Below, piece by piece: positions 61,749 to 64,000 of a stretch of DNA of 64,000 bases. How positions within the stretch are numbered: position 1 is the first letter of the stretch; each line of letters begins with the position of its first letter. The notes under the pieces were generated by a model, which saw nothing but the letters and a program-made list of their open reading frames with translations, did no database searches and was not told where the DNA came from. The stretch lies in assembly GCF_018977255.1 (NCBI RefSeq), contig NW_024704743.1, positions 66,714,001-66,778,000 of the forward strand, read 5' to 3'. The DNA is from Callorhinchus milii. Taxonomy: Eukaryota. The translations under genes and the position numbers were made by a program.

Positions 61749-62750
61749 CTGAAAAGAAAAGAAAGGCACGTCAACTAAAATTACAAAACAATTCCTGCAA
61801 TGCCAAGCCAGAGTTCCTATGAGAATGTACTTCGCTAGAGGCAGAAGCAATTTGGATGTTTAAAAGAGAGAAGTGAAGATATTAAGGGTAGTTTTATGAA
61901 GAAGACAGGGAAATGGGATTAGAAGATCACTCACCATCTAATAAATTAGTCGAACAGGTTCAAGGGGCTGAATGGCTTCATTCCCAAGACTTAAAGTCAG
62001 TTATAGAAATTGAACACTAATAATAATATTTCCATTTGATATAGTGCTTACAACATCACAAGTCTCAAAGCGCTTTGCAAAGTATCAAAAGTGTGGCAAC
62101 TGTATTTTGCAGATGAACGCAGGAATCAATTTGTGCAACAGATATCTGAGGAATTGTGTACAAATAGTGTAATGGGACCTTTAACATTCACCTGTAAAGG
62201 CAGACAGAATCTCAATTTAACTTCTTTTTAATTATTTTAATGATAACATTTTAACCTCATTGCTCAATTTACATTTGTAAACCCATTGCCTAGTATGTAA
62301 CTGAATCCTACAGATCAGGATGGCCTGAGTTCTTATCTCTAGACTGTGATAAGTTAGCTCAGGGTAGTCCAGCCTTTTGTCTGCTGAGGGCTGAATGCCC
62401 TATTTGAGAACCGTCCACAGGCTGCATAAGCAATATTTTTGCGTTTCCCTTCAAGAAACATAACATTTACGGGTTATGGAAAGAGCAGTGGGCCAGATAA
62501 AATGGAGGTGGGGTGGGGGGGGCAGATGAAATCGGCCCGTGGGCTGCCAGTTGGACCATGCTTATAGCTTATCTTAACTGAGGAACTAGAATTAGCCTCA
62601 GCAATGGTGGAGGGGGAGGGAGAGAAGAGAATCAGAAAGCACTCCATCCATTGAATCCTGATTATCGCCTGATGTATAGACATCAGGCGATGACAGAATT
62701 GAGCAGAATTATGATATTCATCAAAATGAAATTGCTATTGAATGTCAATA

Positions 62751-62928
62751 AGGTAGACTCCTGATAACTCAACCCTGGCTTAACTTGTCACTACCAATTA
62801 AATTATCATGCCGTCAATATCCCACCTGCATTTATTTATGTATTTATACACATGTCTAACTCACCACTCCAGATAACATCTCATTGAGCCCTTTTCCTTT
62901 GGAGGGACAAGTTATCAGGAGTTTACTG
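62751..62928. mobile_element. pogo/Tigger-like MITE, 178 bp, with TA flanks
   Basis: Left end (TA)AGGTAGACTCCTGATAACT and right end AGTTATCAGGAGTTTACTG(TA) are inverted repeats. A CAGT start with TA duplication is typical of Tc1/mariner-pogo elements. Confidence 0.7.
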
Positions 62929-63258
62929 TATATTATTTATCCATGGGAAGCATCTCAACCAAGATCAGTCCTGCTCTCCAAATAAAATACTTGGACATTC
63001 ACTCTTTCAGGAGGGAGTTCGAGCTCTAGCCAAGTTATACTTTTTCTGGCCATTGAAACCAAATGCAATACCCACGAGTGACCTCAGCATAGAGCAGAGA
63101 TTCTGTTTGAATATGCATTTACTGTTTCAGCGCAAGTTTATAACAAATTAGGTTGAAAATCAGAGAAAACGATTGTCAAAAAAACTTGTTTCTAATTAAT
63201 GTGCATTACATAAAAGATCCTCTGTTTAGAGGTAAATTTGCACCATTTTGGTCATTAC

Positions 63259-63352
63259 CCTCTTCCTGGTCAAAGTTGATGTCTGGCGTCTCCACACGAA
63301 TAATTGACTTGTTCAGCAACCGAAATGCCTCCTTCACATGTTTTGGTTGGAC
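63259..63352 (-). CDS. MCM6: MCM6 helicase subunit, fourth-last coding exon ([31 protein letters not shown])
   Basis: Translation closely matches the end of the vertebrate MCM6 AAA+ region as I recall it ([31 protein letters not shown]). Acceptor tttgtttacag|GTC; donor GAG G|gtaatg, phase 1, matches the next exon. Confidence 0.93.
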
Positions 63353-64000
63353 CTGTAAACAAATACAGCAATACAAAACTCAGTCTACATCATCAGGACC
63401 GAGTTATATCGTTCTGGGTACTTCGATTGATTTCCAATACCAACAACGACATTGACAACTTGCATTTCTACAGTGCCCTTCATGCACAAAAAAACATCTC
63501 AGAGCAAAATAAGCACCAACATAAAGCATTTGTGATTAGTGGCAAAACCAAATCCAACAGTACATCCAAAAACAATGCAGGACACCTCCAAAGATTGAGA
63601 TATGTCCTTTATACCAGACACACTATCACCTTGATCCTTTGTACTAAAATGAATTTGCATGTCAGCTTTTACAAGTTACATGGGGGGGGTTAGAATACAA
63701 TATTTGCAAATTGGATAGCAATTGCTATTTGGGTGTTGCATATCATATCACATTTTTGACATATTTGGGACATGCATTTGTCTCATCACATTCAGACATT
63801 TCAAAGTGCTTCATAGAATTTTCGTAATCCTTACATTTGCATTTAATAATAATCCTTGCATTCGATACAGCACCTGTCACATCAGGAGGAAGTCTCAAAG
63901 AATTTCACAGGAAATGTAGTGTAGTGACTGTATATTTTGCAGCTGAACTTGGCAGGACAGCTCATTCACCATCTTCTGCTCGCAGGTTTCAAACAATTAT

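Noticed and set aside
63953..64000. Possible next upstream MCM6 exon at the window edge
   Set aside because: Does not translate to the expected LSEAMARMHCCDE-type sequence; that exon must lie beyond the window.

Overview
Vertebrate nuclear DNA, almost certainly a cartilaginous fish (repeat content suggests a chimaera/holocephalan; inference). The right end holds the last four coding exons of an MCM6 gene on the minus strand (63352 to 55302), with consistent splice sites and phases. The left end holds a candidate small minus-strand gene: a TATA box, a signal-peptide-like exon and an exon resembling the start of a BRICHOS/gastrokine-type domain that ends in an early stop, so it may be a pseudogene. 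The ~53 kb between them is intergenic and dominated by retroelements: one nearly full-length L2 LINE and many 3' fragments, DeuSINE (SacSINE1-like) copies, a tRNA-Ala-headed SINE family sharing the L2 3' stem-loop, CR1 remnants, and a Penelope-like element. The most interesting signal is a set of short Penelope-derived elements carrying minimal type I hammerhead ribozyme motifs, including an inverted pair and a 134-bp solo insertion with a 14-bp target-site duplication. Family assignments come from motif recognition by eye, not from database searches.
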